DNA of 63,843 nucleotides, filler included, from Reticulomyxa filosa (Eukaryota > Protista > Foraminifera), in the NCBI GenBank assembly GCA_000512085.1. It is 16 parts of 16 records of this genome, joined end to end, with 100 filler letters (N's around TTAATTAATTAA, not from the genome) between each part and the next. Parts side by side here need not be neighbours in the genome. Positions count along the whole stretch, not along the records: positions 40,655 to 43,376 come from ASPP01008435.1; positions 43,477 to 44,807 come from ASPP01008317.1; positions 44,908 to 46,280 come from ASPP01037894.1; positions 46,381 to 49,695 come from ASPP01005592.1; positions 49,796 to 57,828 come from ASPP01020477.1; 11 more parts are not named here. One strand, given 5' to 3'. Numbering within the stretch: position 1 is the stretch's first letter; every line of letters begins with the position of its first letter. The notes beneath the pieces are model-generated. The model was given only the letters and a program-made list of their open reading frames with translations. It was not told where the DNA came from and made no database searches. Shown one piece after another: positions 41,061 to 52,295 of the stretch. The translations under genes and the position numbers were made by a program.

Positions 41061-41689
41061 TTCATTCTTACTTTTTTTCTTTCTTTTTTTCCCCTTCCTC
41101 TCTCTCTCCCTTCTCAAAATTCTCTTGGTTCTAATATTATTTTTTTTTGGTGAAAAATATGGTATTTTCATGTGCGACAATAACAAATGTTCATAAATGT
41201 GGTCGTAAAGTTTTTTTTTCCGAATATTTGATAATATTGGATGGAATTCTCAATTTTTTTTTTTTTTTGTATTATGGGCTTGGACATTGTCAATTTTTTT
41301 TTTTTTTTCTTCCATGGGGGGTTTTTTTTATTTGTTTTTCTTCACATTTCCCCCTTGTTTGTAGCAAAACAAATTCAATCGCTTGTTTTCAGTTGCTTTT
41401 TTTTCCCCCCATAAATAAAACTTCAATCCTTAAAGGCGAAAGGTAGTTGGTAATTTTGAAAATATGATACAATGCAATGTAATGTGTTTCCATCCTCGTT
41501 TTTTTAGTTTCTTTGTACAGTTTCGTTTTTGTTTGTGAATCTATTGATTTTTTTCAGCGAAATTGTAATGGACAACTCAACAGTATTGAAAAAAAGAGAG
41601 ACACAAAATCTGTTTCCAAAAGCGAAAACCAAAGTACAGTAAGGTGCCCCCCATTTTTTAAATTAAATGCATTTTTACTTGGAAAAAAA

Positions 41690-43376
41690 ATGCAAAGTGT
41701 TCAAACAGCAGAAGATACTCAACAAAAGCAGACCTTGTTGGATTATGTGCAACGAAAAAGACCAAAATGGAGTGTCCATAAGATACATTCGTTTGTGAAA
41801 AAATGTGGAGAGAACCAGCGAATGATTGAGACGAATTTGGACTTTGAAGACCACTACGACAGTCTATGGGCGACATTGGCGAAGGACGAAGAAGGACAAG
41901 AGGAGTTAAAGGGGAAAGCAGGGAGCGACAAGATTCAGTTCTGCAAGCAGTATTTGCGAGCATTGCAATGGTTAAATAAGCGAGAGAATAGAGAAAGCAT
42001 AATATTGAACTTTGCATATTACGACTTTACATTTGTCCAAAAGATCTATCGAGTGTTTTTCGTGACAGAAGATGAGCAATACCAAATGCGTTTGGCGATG
42101 TATTTACTCGATATCTTGCAGTTGTTCACAACGATGTTTTCGTTGGATGAAGAGCAAAAGGCCAACATTATGACTATGAAAGACGCCATTTTCTCAGTTT
42201 CTCGAGACAAGGCCGTCGGCAAGAGGGAGGGATTGTATATCATTGTATTTAAAAAAAAGAAAAGACAAATATTTTTTTTTTAAATAAATATATAAATATA
42301 TAAATATATATATACATATATATACATATATGTATATATGTATGTAAATAAAGACATGGTGCGAATATTGGTCATATGATAGCAATGAACCGAAACAAAA
42401 TAGAAATTTTTCGACTCTGTGATGTCCATAGACGATGGCAATGGCAATGACAATGACAATGGTAATGGCAATGGAGGTGGTGGTGTGAAGCAACAACAAA
42501 GTGAAATGACGTATTTGACGCTGTCGTTACAATGGGTCGAAAGACAAATGCAAAAGTGGAGTGAACACGTAATTCGGACAGAGTATCAGCGCATTCGTCG
42601 TGAGGATCACAACAGCTACATTTGCATCTTGTCTTGCTTGATGAAGCTATTCAGCGACGGCGGCTGCGTTCACTCTTGCATCTTCACTCCTCTGCGAGAG
42701 CGTCATCATCATCATCATCATCCTACGTCGACACTCGACTCTTCTGGCAATCTTTTAAGTCACTTGGATAGATTTGAAGAAGAAGAAGAAGAAGAAGTAG
42801 AGGAGGAGGAGGAAGAAGAGGAAGAGGAAGAAGAGGAAGAAGAAGAAAAGAAGAAAAAGAAAAAGAAAAAAAAGAAAACAAAGACAAGAACAAGAACAAG
42901 AACGGGAACGTGAAGAGAAAGAACAAATGAAGAACAAGAATTGGATGAGTGAGCAAATATTGGAATACAACAACACCGCGGTGCAAGTGTTCCAAAAAGT
43001 GATCGAACTGGTGCAGTCATTGACGAATATCGTGGAGAGGTCCAGCAACACGCACTTGATCAACATTTTGAAACGAACGCTATCCACAGTGGCGCAAATG
43101 GAAAACATGCACGAGTCCCTGCGGTCACTCGTCGTGTTGTGGATCCATCGGATCAGCGCTCATCGTCACTCGTCCGAATATGTACAAAAAATCAAGCCTT
43201 TGTCGGACAACTCCAAACCGCTTTTCGCCGGACACGTTCAGTCCAATGCAAATGTCGTCACCAAAGAGGAGCAAGAGAAGCAAAAGCAAAAACAAAACAA
43301 AACAAAAAAGAAACAAAAGCAAAAGCAAAAGCAAAAGGAAAAGGAAAAAGAAAAAGAAAAAGAAAAAGAAAAAGAA
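41690..43376 (+). CDS. Unknown multi-exon protein with poly-E/K and poly-H tracts, 3' truncated
   Basis: ORFs 41513-42283 (ATG at 41690), 42419-42913 and 42927-43376. No domain recognised. Confidence 0.5.
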
Positions 43377-43491
43377 NNNNNNNNNNNNNNNNNNNNNNNN
43401 NNNNNNNNNNNNNNNNNNNNTTAATTAATTAANNNNNNNNNNNNNNNNNNNNNNNNNNNNNNNNNNNNNNNNNNNNTATATATATATATTT

Positions 43492-44493
43492 TTAAATTAA
43501 CTCAAAAGTTTGAATTTGTGAAGAAGGAATAAGCAATTTGGATCGGTCCCACGACGGTATTTCATATGTCGGCTCGAAGGTACCAGATGACATGCATGCT
43601 TTCATTTCCTCTGATAAACACTGTAACAACATGAAAAAAGCCTCTCCGTCCATCGCACCGTGCATACATCCAATTGCCATCAGAGTATGATTTTTCGATT
43701 TTTTGTTATTATTATCTTTTCCATTGTCTTTGCTTTCTTTCGTTTCTTTCTCTTCAGTTTCGTTCTTTGTTTTGCTCTTTTTTTCGCAATAGTAATAAGT
43801 GAGCATCACTTTGAAAACAGGCTCTTGGTCGGGATAAGGCAGTGCATGGCAGGCACCATTCGTAAACTTTCCATACCAATTTGGTTCATTGATGTCTTTC
43901 TCTTCAATCGATGGCACCACATCGGTTTCGCATATTGTGAGTTGCACTTTAGGATTTTTATAATCGATTCCCAATGCGTGATTGTCTGGTTTTTTTTTGT
44001 TAAAAAAAAAAGATTCTTTCATTTGCGAAGTGCCGCGAATGAAATTTTTTAAAATTCTTTGCTGCCCAAAAGAAAATAATAGCAGCAGGACAGAAAGAAA
44101 AAACAAACTTATTTTGCAAATCTTGCCGCCAATGATAGGTATTTTGGTAAGCACTTGAGCAAGTGCTTTTTCAAATTGTTCTGGATCTATCCGATAATCA
44201 TAAAAGAAAGTGTAGTCAATGGGATACGCTAGTAACCAATGCTCAATTGGCGCCAATGGCTGAATTGACGTGCGAATGCTAGAAGTCTTTGATTTGTCTG
44301 GAATAGGATAAACATACTTATTTGATACAATCTTTATTGGACCTGTCGGGATGCGACGGTCAATTTCAAACGCGGGAGTTGCAAAATTTGACACAAATCG
44401 ATCCAAAAAACGAATGATTCTAGGTATATTCAATAAAATTGCGCTAAAGACGAATATCGCAACAGATTGCAGTATAATATCCAAAGACACCAT
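43492..44493 (-). CDS. HXXXD-type (BAHD/Transferase family) CoA-dependent acyltransferase with N-terminal hydrophobic anchor, 3' truncated
   Basis: PLAPIEHWL, FFYD, FEKALAQVLTKIPIIGG, PVFKVMLT, MAIGCMHGAMDG..FF.LL..LSE and PSWDRSKL occur in the order seen in BAHD N-terminal halves. One in-frame intron likely at ~43988-44113. Confidence 0.8.
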   Translation of the reverse strand: MVSLDIILQSVAIFVFSAILLNIPRIIRFLDRFVSNFATPAFEIDRRIPTGPIKIVSNKYVYPIPDKSKTSSIRTSIQPLAPIEHWLLAYPIDYTFFYDYRIDPEQFEKALAQVLTKIPIIGGKICKISLFFLSVLLLLFSFGQQRILKNFIRGTSQMKESFFFNKKKPDNHALGIDYKNPKVQLTICETDVVPSIEEKDINEPNWYGKFTNGACHALPYPDQEPVFKVMLTYYYCEKKSKTKNETEEKETKESKDNGKDNNNKKSKNHTLMAIGCMHGAMDGEAFFMLLQCLSEEMKACMSSGTFEPTYEIPSWDRSKLLIPSSQIQTFELI

Positions 44494-45458
44494 CTTAATT
44501 TTTTTTTGTGGAAAAAGGACGTCACGTTTTTTGTAAATTTTCACATTAAAAAACATTAAAAATTGGGATGTCACATAATTTAAAACAAATAAGCTACAAC
44601 ACAATAGCACAGCAAGGCAAATTAAAATAATGTAGTAACAGTTTTAATCTAAATAACTTTAATTCTATGCTGGAGTTATATGCTAACTAGTTTTACTTAC
44701 GCATAAATTTAAATAATTTATATGTTATTTTCATTTTCACAAGATAATTATTAAGATTAAAAATATATTGACTGAGATATTTTGTTTTTTTGTACAAATT
44801 TGAAAAANNNNNNNNNNNNNNNNNNNNNNNNNNNNNNNNNNNNNNNNNNNNTTAATTAATTAANNNNNNNNNNNNNNNNNNNNNNNNNNNNNNNNNNNNN
44901 NNNNNNNAGGATATTGATAAAATAACAAGATGAAGTATACTGGCCAGATAATCGCGACATTATATTATATATAACAATATAAAGATATTGATCACATGGA
45001 GTCTTGGAGCAAATATTGTTATGACTGCATCTTGATTGTCAATATCACACAAATTCAGTTTGTAATTGCAAAGTTTCAAAGTCTTTACCATTGAAGTTGA
45101 TGTCTACAAAGATAGAAATAAAATTTGGATCAATCGTTGTATTATCATACCATTGGACATACAAATTGATCGTATTGTTAGAAAATTTTGCAAGAAGCCA
45201 ATCTATAATTGCATAACATCCAATGATTGCCAATCGAATATTTTCGAGTTGTGAAATTGATTAAACGTACGTTCGCAATGTCGCATTTGACCATAAATAT
45301 CTTGAACTGAATACATTCGAAGCAAATGCAAACAAATCTTCGATATCAACAAGCTTAAGTTCGATCACAATATTATTGACAAGTCGTCATGTGCCAGTGT
45401 CTGAGGAATGTGTTTGTTAAATTTTTTTTTATTATATCTTTTTTAACACTTTAAGTTA

Positions 45459-45897
45459 GCCAAGGTCGCCCAATGGTAGGGTACTACAAATATGTTGTAT
45501 TTGTTTGCTATTTTTATTTTTTTATTTTTTCAAGGGGGGGGGATGGGGGGTGGAGTGGGACAACTATAATCATAAGGGGGCCACTTCATGTAACTATTGG
45601 GGGAAGTGACCACATCATGTAACTGTAGCTATAGCAGCTACCACTTCATGTAACTGTCACTGATCTCGGTCAACTCATGTGACTGCTCCAAGTGGTTATG
45701 TCATGTAACTGTGGCTATATCAGCTACCACCTCATGACTTGTGGGGCCACCTCAAGTAACTTGACAAGTGCCACCTCATGTAACTGCCATAGCGAGCCAC
45801 CTCATGTAACTGCACTTGTTACACCTCTTGTAACTGCCTCACGTAAACATATATGGCATATGTTAGTGGGATCAGGGTTCGAATCCCTGCCTTGGCA
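45459..45897 (+). ncRNA. tRNA-like element with a ~370-nt insert in place of the anticodon/variable region
   Basis: Acceptor GCCAAGG (45459-45465) pairs perfectly with CCTTGGC (45890-45896) plus discriminator A. D arm GCCC-AATGGTA-GGGT. T arm CAGGG-TTCGAAT-CCCTG (B box GGTTCGAATCC). No canonical U33 anticodon loop. Confidence 0.7.
45581..45848 (+). repeat. Array of ~11 copies of CCACYTCATGTAACTG with variable 0-15 nt spacers
   Basis: Copies start at 45581, 45610, 45641, 45670, 45696, 45727, 45747, 45771, 45797, 45821 and 45837 (partial). Confidence 0.9.
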
Positions 45898-46451
45898 TTT
45901 ACATATCTATTTTATATTTGTTTGTAAAAAAAAATTTTGTTTCAAACTTGTCACATTATTTAAGTTTTTACATTTGTTTGATGTTGATGTTATAATAGGA
46001 GATCAATACACGAATAAGCATACTGGCACAATTAAGATATTTTGATTTGAGTACTTGGTATTTAAAACGTGTCGTCAACGACTTGGTAGATTGAACACAT
46101 TTTACACGACCTTGTTGTGTTTGCTGCAACAACATCAATCCTCGAAGTCATTGTGAGCATTGAGTTTGGATGCTTTGCACATTTCATCAACTCGTTTTTA
46201 TCCAATGAATATCGGATCCATTACGTCGCGTGATGATTTAAAGCTGTCCAGAAAAACAAACAGCAAAGCATTGTCGACTGNNNNNNNNNNNNNNNNNNNN
46301 NNNNNNNNNNNNNNNNNNNNNNNNTTAATTAATTAANNNNNNNNNNNNNNNNNNNNNNNNNNNNNNNNNNNNNNNNNNNNTTCAAGTCCAATTTTCTTTG
46401 CTACTCTAACTTTAACTTACGGAGATTGTCTTGTTAGAAACGTGCTTAGAC

Positions 46452-46597
46452 ACGTTTGCAAACATAAAAAAAGAAAAAAAGACAAAAAAGAAAAAGTAAT
46501 ATTTTTTGTCCGGCGTCGTAGAACGACGCCGGACATAAAATTTTACTTTTTCTTTTTTCCCTTTTTTTCTTTTTTTATAAATTTTTCTGGCAAGCGT
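46452..46597. repeat. Long imperfect inverted repeat (fold-back) with a perfect 13-bp GC-rich core
   Basis: TGTCCGGCGTCGT-AGA-ACGACGCCGGACA (46507-46535), extended by complementary A-rich and T-rich arms out to ACGTTTGC/GCAAGCGT. Confidence 0.8.
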
Positions 46598-48435
46598 TGT
46601 TTGTTGATGTTAGGTTTTATTTGTTTAGCGTGTAATTATTTGATTTGAACTTTTTTTTATGAATTTGTGTAAATTAATTGTATTTTGTTTGTTTTATGTG
46701 ATTGTGATTTAGTTTGAATTTAGTGTGTTGCTATATTGATTGAGCAATCAATACGTTTTGCTTTTATGTTTTTTGTTTGTGCTATTATTTGGTTGTTTGG
46801 TTTTTGAAATTGGTGGATTTGTACATTTATTATTAAGCAAAAATAATAATTTAGATTAATGTATATTTTGTTTTGTTTAAAAATAATTTAATTTTGCACA
46901 TTTTATTAATTTTAGTTAAAAGTAACTCGTTTTTGACCCAAGAAAATTTGCTAGGAAACGCGTTCAGTTTAAACCTGATATTTGAATGATATATTGTTTT
47001 TTGTTGTTTTTATTTTTATTTTACGCTTCTGCTTGTTTTTAAACATTTCTTCCACATCTATTTCATAATTAATCGAGAAAATATATTATTAAACAAATGC
47101 TTTTTGTGAGTTCTACTTCACTTAAAATAATTACACAGCTTTCTTATTGTAATTGCCTTATCAATAAAAAAACTCGTAATTAGTTTTTTAAAAGACTAAA
47201 GTTGTCGTTTGTTACAACTTTTTCATTTTTATTTAACCAGTTTTTTATGTTCACTAGCCAGTGTTTCAGCAATCAAAAACTGCTTATTTTCACAATGTTT
47301 TAAAAAACTGGTCTGTATTTGGTGTCTAAAAGTTTGGCAGGCAAACAAAAAGTCTAACTGAACCGAACAAATGGAGCAAAAAGAGATTAGAGCTGCAAAT
47401 AAGGATGAAATTGAAAATGCCTTTGACTTCATTACTTTATTGCAAGCATACTTGGACCAGTTTGCGTTTTTTTTCATTCTGCTACACAGATCAGCTGTAA
47501 ACGTTGTTAACTGTTAATAAACAACAGCTGTATGGCAGATGGCCGCCCAAGCGCATTACAAAATCAAACGTTTGATCGGCAGTGGGAACGAAAAGCTGAA
47601 AACAGTCTGTCATTTTTGGAGTCTTTGCCTATGATAGACAAGTCCATAAATGAGTTGAAACAGCGCAGAGACAAACTACTCAAGGAATTACAAAGAAAAA
47701 AGTTAGTACACAATCAATTATTGATAATATAAAAAAATGATATTAAAACGAAAATAACATAGAGATGTGAAATGAATGCCCATCCTCGGGAAAAAAAGGG
47801 ACGATTAATAGAGATAAGCTATACAAAATGAAGAAAATAAGACAAAATATAATGTGTGTTTGACTATTAAAAAGTATGTAACGTCACATTAAAGTGATCT
47901 TTGCACATTCAAAATATTAATCTAATTTTTTAATGGTAACATTCACCGATAATATCAAGTCGGACACGTGGCACACAGTCATTTCTATCAAGAACTTAAT
48001 TAGAAATAATGTATAAATTTGCGAGAAAAAATCTTACTACTTAAACCGATCAAAGTGTTCACACAGGTGCCACAAGAAATATTTCCATAATTTTGTTGAA
48101 GTAATTGGCCATTTTTGTTAACGTTCGAATTTCCGAGAAATTTTGGTTTTGATCGGATTATACTTTTTAAAGTGAAATTTTTCAACAATTGAGATCAGTT
48201 TCTACAAAAATTACAGCACACATCAGTACTTAAAAAAAGATGGTCTAATTGTATTGTTAGTTGAAGAATTGTTCAATCAATAACAATTTGTCATTACTTA
48301 TCAAAATGCAGTTATATATGTTTTCAGTATGGCTTGTACAGTTTTAACGCTCTCAAAAACCAGATATTCAAATTTTTACTCTTCAAGCTTAGCAAAGGAT
48401 TGTGCTCAATGATCATTTTTATTTGTTCTTGGGTA

Positions 48436-49650
48436 TCAAACTGCCTTTTTGTACAAAAAAAGCTGAAGTCCGTCAAAAATGGAGCTAGCTTCTTCGCCTC
48501 CTTTTCTCAGTGATTGCTTTGCAATAGCGACATAATAAAAAACTCGACCCATCCACCTTTGCAAACAAGTTTCTAAAAAAAAAAAAACGAATCCTTCAAG
48601 ATGGGATAAAAATAGCATAAGCCTCCCAATCTGCATCGTGTGAGAGTGGGGCATTATGGATTACGAATGCGAGTCAATAAAAAACTGAAAACAATGTAAA
48701 CATAAGAAAGTGAAACCAAAAAAGAAAAAGTTTTTTCGTGAGGTTTCTCAAGTATGAGTTGATAATGAAAGCTATTTTTGGAAAGAATAAACGATGTTGC
48801 GGAAAAGAAAGAGTGGCTATGGTGAAAAAACAGAGTAATACGTTTGAGACTTTTTTTCCTTGAAAGAATAGAGTTTCTGTAAATGTCCAGCATTGTCTGA
48901 TCAAATACTACACACAGCATAGACCAAGGCAATTTTATCTTTTTGTTGGATTGGGAATTTGTTATTTGTGCTTGTTTAATCTTTTCCACATCCAATATTT
49001 CCCATTTCCAGGGTTGATGAGACCAGTTTTCATTTTTGTTGTTATTGAGCTTCTCTGCGATATATTTTTGTATGTTGTACATATATGTACATATTTCGTA
49101 TTTCTCTCAAAACAGACAATTTGCAAAATAAATAATTAAAACCTTAACTTGGCTTTTTAAGTTGACGGAGGTCCATATTTTCAATAAGTTTGTATATGTA
49201 CGTACATATACACATACGTATATATATATATGTGTATATGTACGTACATATATATACATATATGTATATACAAATAAATATATAGAAACAAACCAAGTAT
49301 CGAATGGACAGTCGATCAGTATCTAAATAGTCGTTCATTTGTAATCTCAAAGAATGGCAAATGCCGAGAACGGCGATTATTGTCATTGTTTGAAGTGACT
49401 TCAAAATATCGACGGCATTGGCACTGAAATCCACATACAATAGTTTGGAGTAGTCCAAAAAGGGACAGCTTTTGTCGGATAAGTCGCACCACGATGCAAA
49501 TTTGAGAAAAGTGTTGCCTTTTTCCTTTTCGTTAATTTCGAACAATTGTAGCTCAAAGGGATATTCGTTTTGTTCTCGATTGCAGCACCAGCGACCAAAT
49601 TCAATCTTGTGATTGCGATTAACTTTTAGTTGTTCCACTAAATATCTTTT
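48436..49650 (-). CDS. Unknown multi-exon protein, C-terminal part
   Basis: Exon-like parts of ORFs 49144-49668, 48654-49082 and 48436-48654, separated by TA-rich introns. Confidence 0.4.
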
Positions 49651-50225
49651 ACACATTAATATATACATATATGTACATATATATATATATATATANNNNN
49701 NNNNNNNNNNNNNNNNNNNNNNNNNNNNNNNNNNNNNNNTTAATTAATTAANNNNNNNNNNNNNNNNNNNNNNNNNNNNNNNNNNNNNNNNNNNNTGTGC
49801 TTGCTTCATACCATTTGAAAAGTTGAACTAACTTGATACTTTTCAGGTGTTTTTTATTCACAAAGAAATATTAAAGGCACTATGCTATGGTTTTTAAACT
49901 CTGAGATGCAAAAATGAAAGATTGCTACGAATAAATAGAACGACTTTGTTGAAAACAAATAATTGAATTACATAAACTGTTGGATTTTTGTTTTGATCTT
50001 GATCGTAATTGTGCAAACAAAGCTTGCCACGTAATAGCAAATATAATTTCTGGTTGGCTACAAGGAAAAAAGCAAAAAGACAAGACATTGTACATCGAGT
50101 GAGTGCTATTCAATGAAATAGTGACATACAATGAACTTATTCATTACACACATAACAAAGGCCATCTCCAACAAAAGGGCATGAGATAAATAGAGACGAG
50201 AAAAATACGAGGAAAACGATATTTT

Positions 50226-51898
50226 TCAGTGTTGTGTCCATTGAATTTTATTCAAAAGGCCTTCTTTCCAGAGATCAAACAATGGGCTCATTTCTCTTAG
50301 TCGTGTTACATGCTTGACAGTCTCGGCAATGGTATAATCGATTTCTTCTTCTGTCGTGAAACGGCCAATTCCAAATCTTATGCTAGTGTGTGCCAAGTCA
50401 TCGGACACGCCAATGGCCCGCAACACGTACGAGGGTTCCAATGATGCGCTTGTGCAAGCAGAACCACTGGAGACACAGACATTCTTCAGCCCTGTGAAAG
50501 CATAAAAGAGATGGCTTGTATTTTTGTTACAAAAGCATAATTGAGAGTAGATATAGACCTACCCATGAGCAATGATTCGCCTTCCACAAATGCAAAAGAG
50601 ATGTTGAGATTTCCTGGATAGCGTTGTATCTTGTCACCATTTAGTGTCGCCTCGACCAGACGTTCTTGGATGCCTTGAAGCAATTTGGCAGACAATTTGG
50701 ACACATGTGCATGGTCTTCCTGTACGCACAATCGAGCGAGCTCACACGCCTTGCCGAAGCCAACAACCAGAGGTGCGGGCAAAGTCCCACTGCGCATTCC
50801 ACGTTCTTGTCCTCCACCGCTGATAATGGGCCGTAATTGAACGCGGGGTCGTCTTCGCACAAACAGGGCTCCAATGCCTTTGGGTCCATATATTTTGTGT
50901 CCCGAAAACGACATAAGGTCGACATTGAGTTCGTTGACATCGATTGGTACTTTGCCAAGCGACTGGGCAGCGTCGCAATGGAAATACACGCCTTTTTCAC
51001 GACAAATTTGTCCAATCTCTTTAATAGGTTGAATCACACCAATCTTTTGTTTATTTTGTGTGTTGTCTCTTGTGTCCCAACAAACAATTAAATAAAGATG
51101 AGTCCCGACACTTACCTCGTTGTTGATATGCATCACCGACACGAGCAGTGTGTTCTCGGTGATTTTGGAAGCCAAGAGATTCAAGTCCAGAATGCCATTG
51201 GATTGCACCGGTAAATAAGTGACGGTGTATCCGTCCATTTCCAATTGTCGACACGAGTCCAACACACATTTGTGTTCAGTTTGCACTGTTATCAAATGCT
51301 TCTTTTCCTTTCGTCGTGGGAAATAGGCTGCTCCTTTGATTGCCAGATTATTCGACTCTGTTGCTCCACTTGTGAATACTATTTCCTTTGGATCGGCATT
51401 CACCAACTTCGCTACCTTTGTTTCCCATTCGAACACATACACAGAAAAAAATGTCCTCCGAAAAATCCACAGAAATTTCTTGTTTGTTTCTTCCACACAA
51501 AACTACGTCACGACCTGTTCCCTCGCCAGCTCCGTCGCTGCCTCTGTTTCCCAGCCGAACATGTGCGTTCGGCTGTGTGGATTTCCATATTGCTCTACGT
51601 GCATTTGGTTCATCACATCAATTACACGCGGGTCTACTGGGCTTGTCGCCTGCACATCCAAGTACATTGGACGGCCTGCAAACGTAACCCCTTTGTGTAC
51701 AATCGTGTCCTTCGTGATTCGTAAAGGAGGGAGTTGTGGCCGATAATGTGACAGTTTTGGGATAGAAGACAACGCTGGCTTTGCTGAAGAGCCTTCAATT
51801 GACGAAAGCGAGCTCGTGAAACGTCTAGCAGGGCTAATCAAACGAGCATTGGCATGTGCGCTTAATAATGTAGTCCTGGATGCAAATAAATGTGTCAT
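50226..51898 (-). CDS. NFS1: Mitochondrial cysteine desulfurase, ~476 aa, 4 exons
   Basis: Exons 51898-51515, 51415-51116, 51043-50563 and 50491-50226 (1431 nt, in frame). [35 protein letters not shown] (PLP Lys), [17 protein letters not shown]. Arg/Ser-rich transit peptide. Confidence 0.97.
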
Positions 51899-52295
51899 GA
51901 TAGATACGAGTTTTTCAAGCTTTTTTCTTCTCCCCTTTGTATTTCTTTATATAAGTCATAGTTATGCCAATAATAAAAACTAGAAATACAATATTTTAAG
52001 TAAAAATAAAATACAAAATAACAAAGCGAGCGTTTCTTGAAAAGGAAAGGGCCTACGAAAGCCTACTGCAACTACATGAGTTTCACTTAAACCATAACAG
52101 ATCGTTCCATCAAATTGCGCTTGAATACAAAAATACGGGCAAATCTTCTCTCATTTGAGCGATATGGCGACTGTTGATGCAACGAATGTGGTATATTTTG
52201 TTCACACCTTCACTGTCTTGTTTTCTTTGGTTGAAAAACAAAGAATTTCAATCCACTAAGCAATTACTTTGGTATGATATCTATAGATTAATGAG

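Noticed and set aside
45581-45848. CRISPR array
   Set aside because: Repeats are 16 nt and degenerate, spacers are 0-15 nt and partly related to each other, there are no cas genes, and the context is eukaryotic.
45459-45897. Ordinary intron-containing tRNA-Ile(TAT) or tmRNA
   Set aside because: A local TACA-AATATGT-TGTA hairpin centres TAT but has A at position 33. There is no G3-U70 pair or tag ORF, and a D stem is present, unlike tmRNA.
45692-46045. 117-aa ORF over the repeat array
   Set aside because: GTG-initiated, derived from repeats, and runs through the T arm; no coding evidence.
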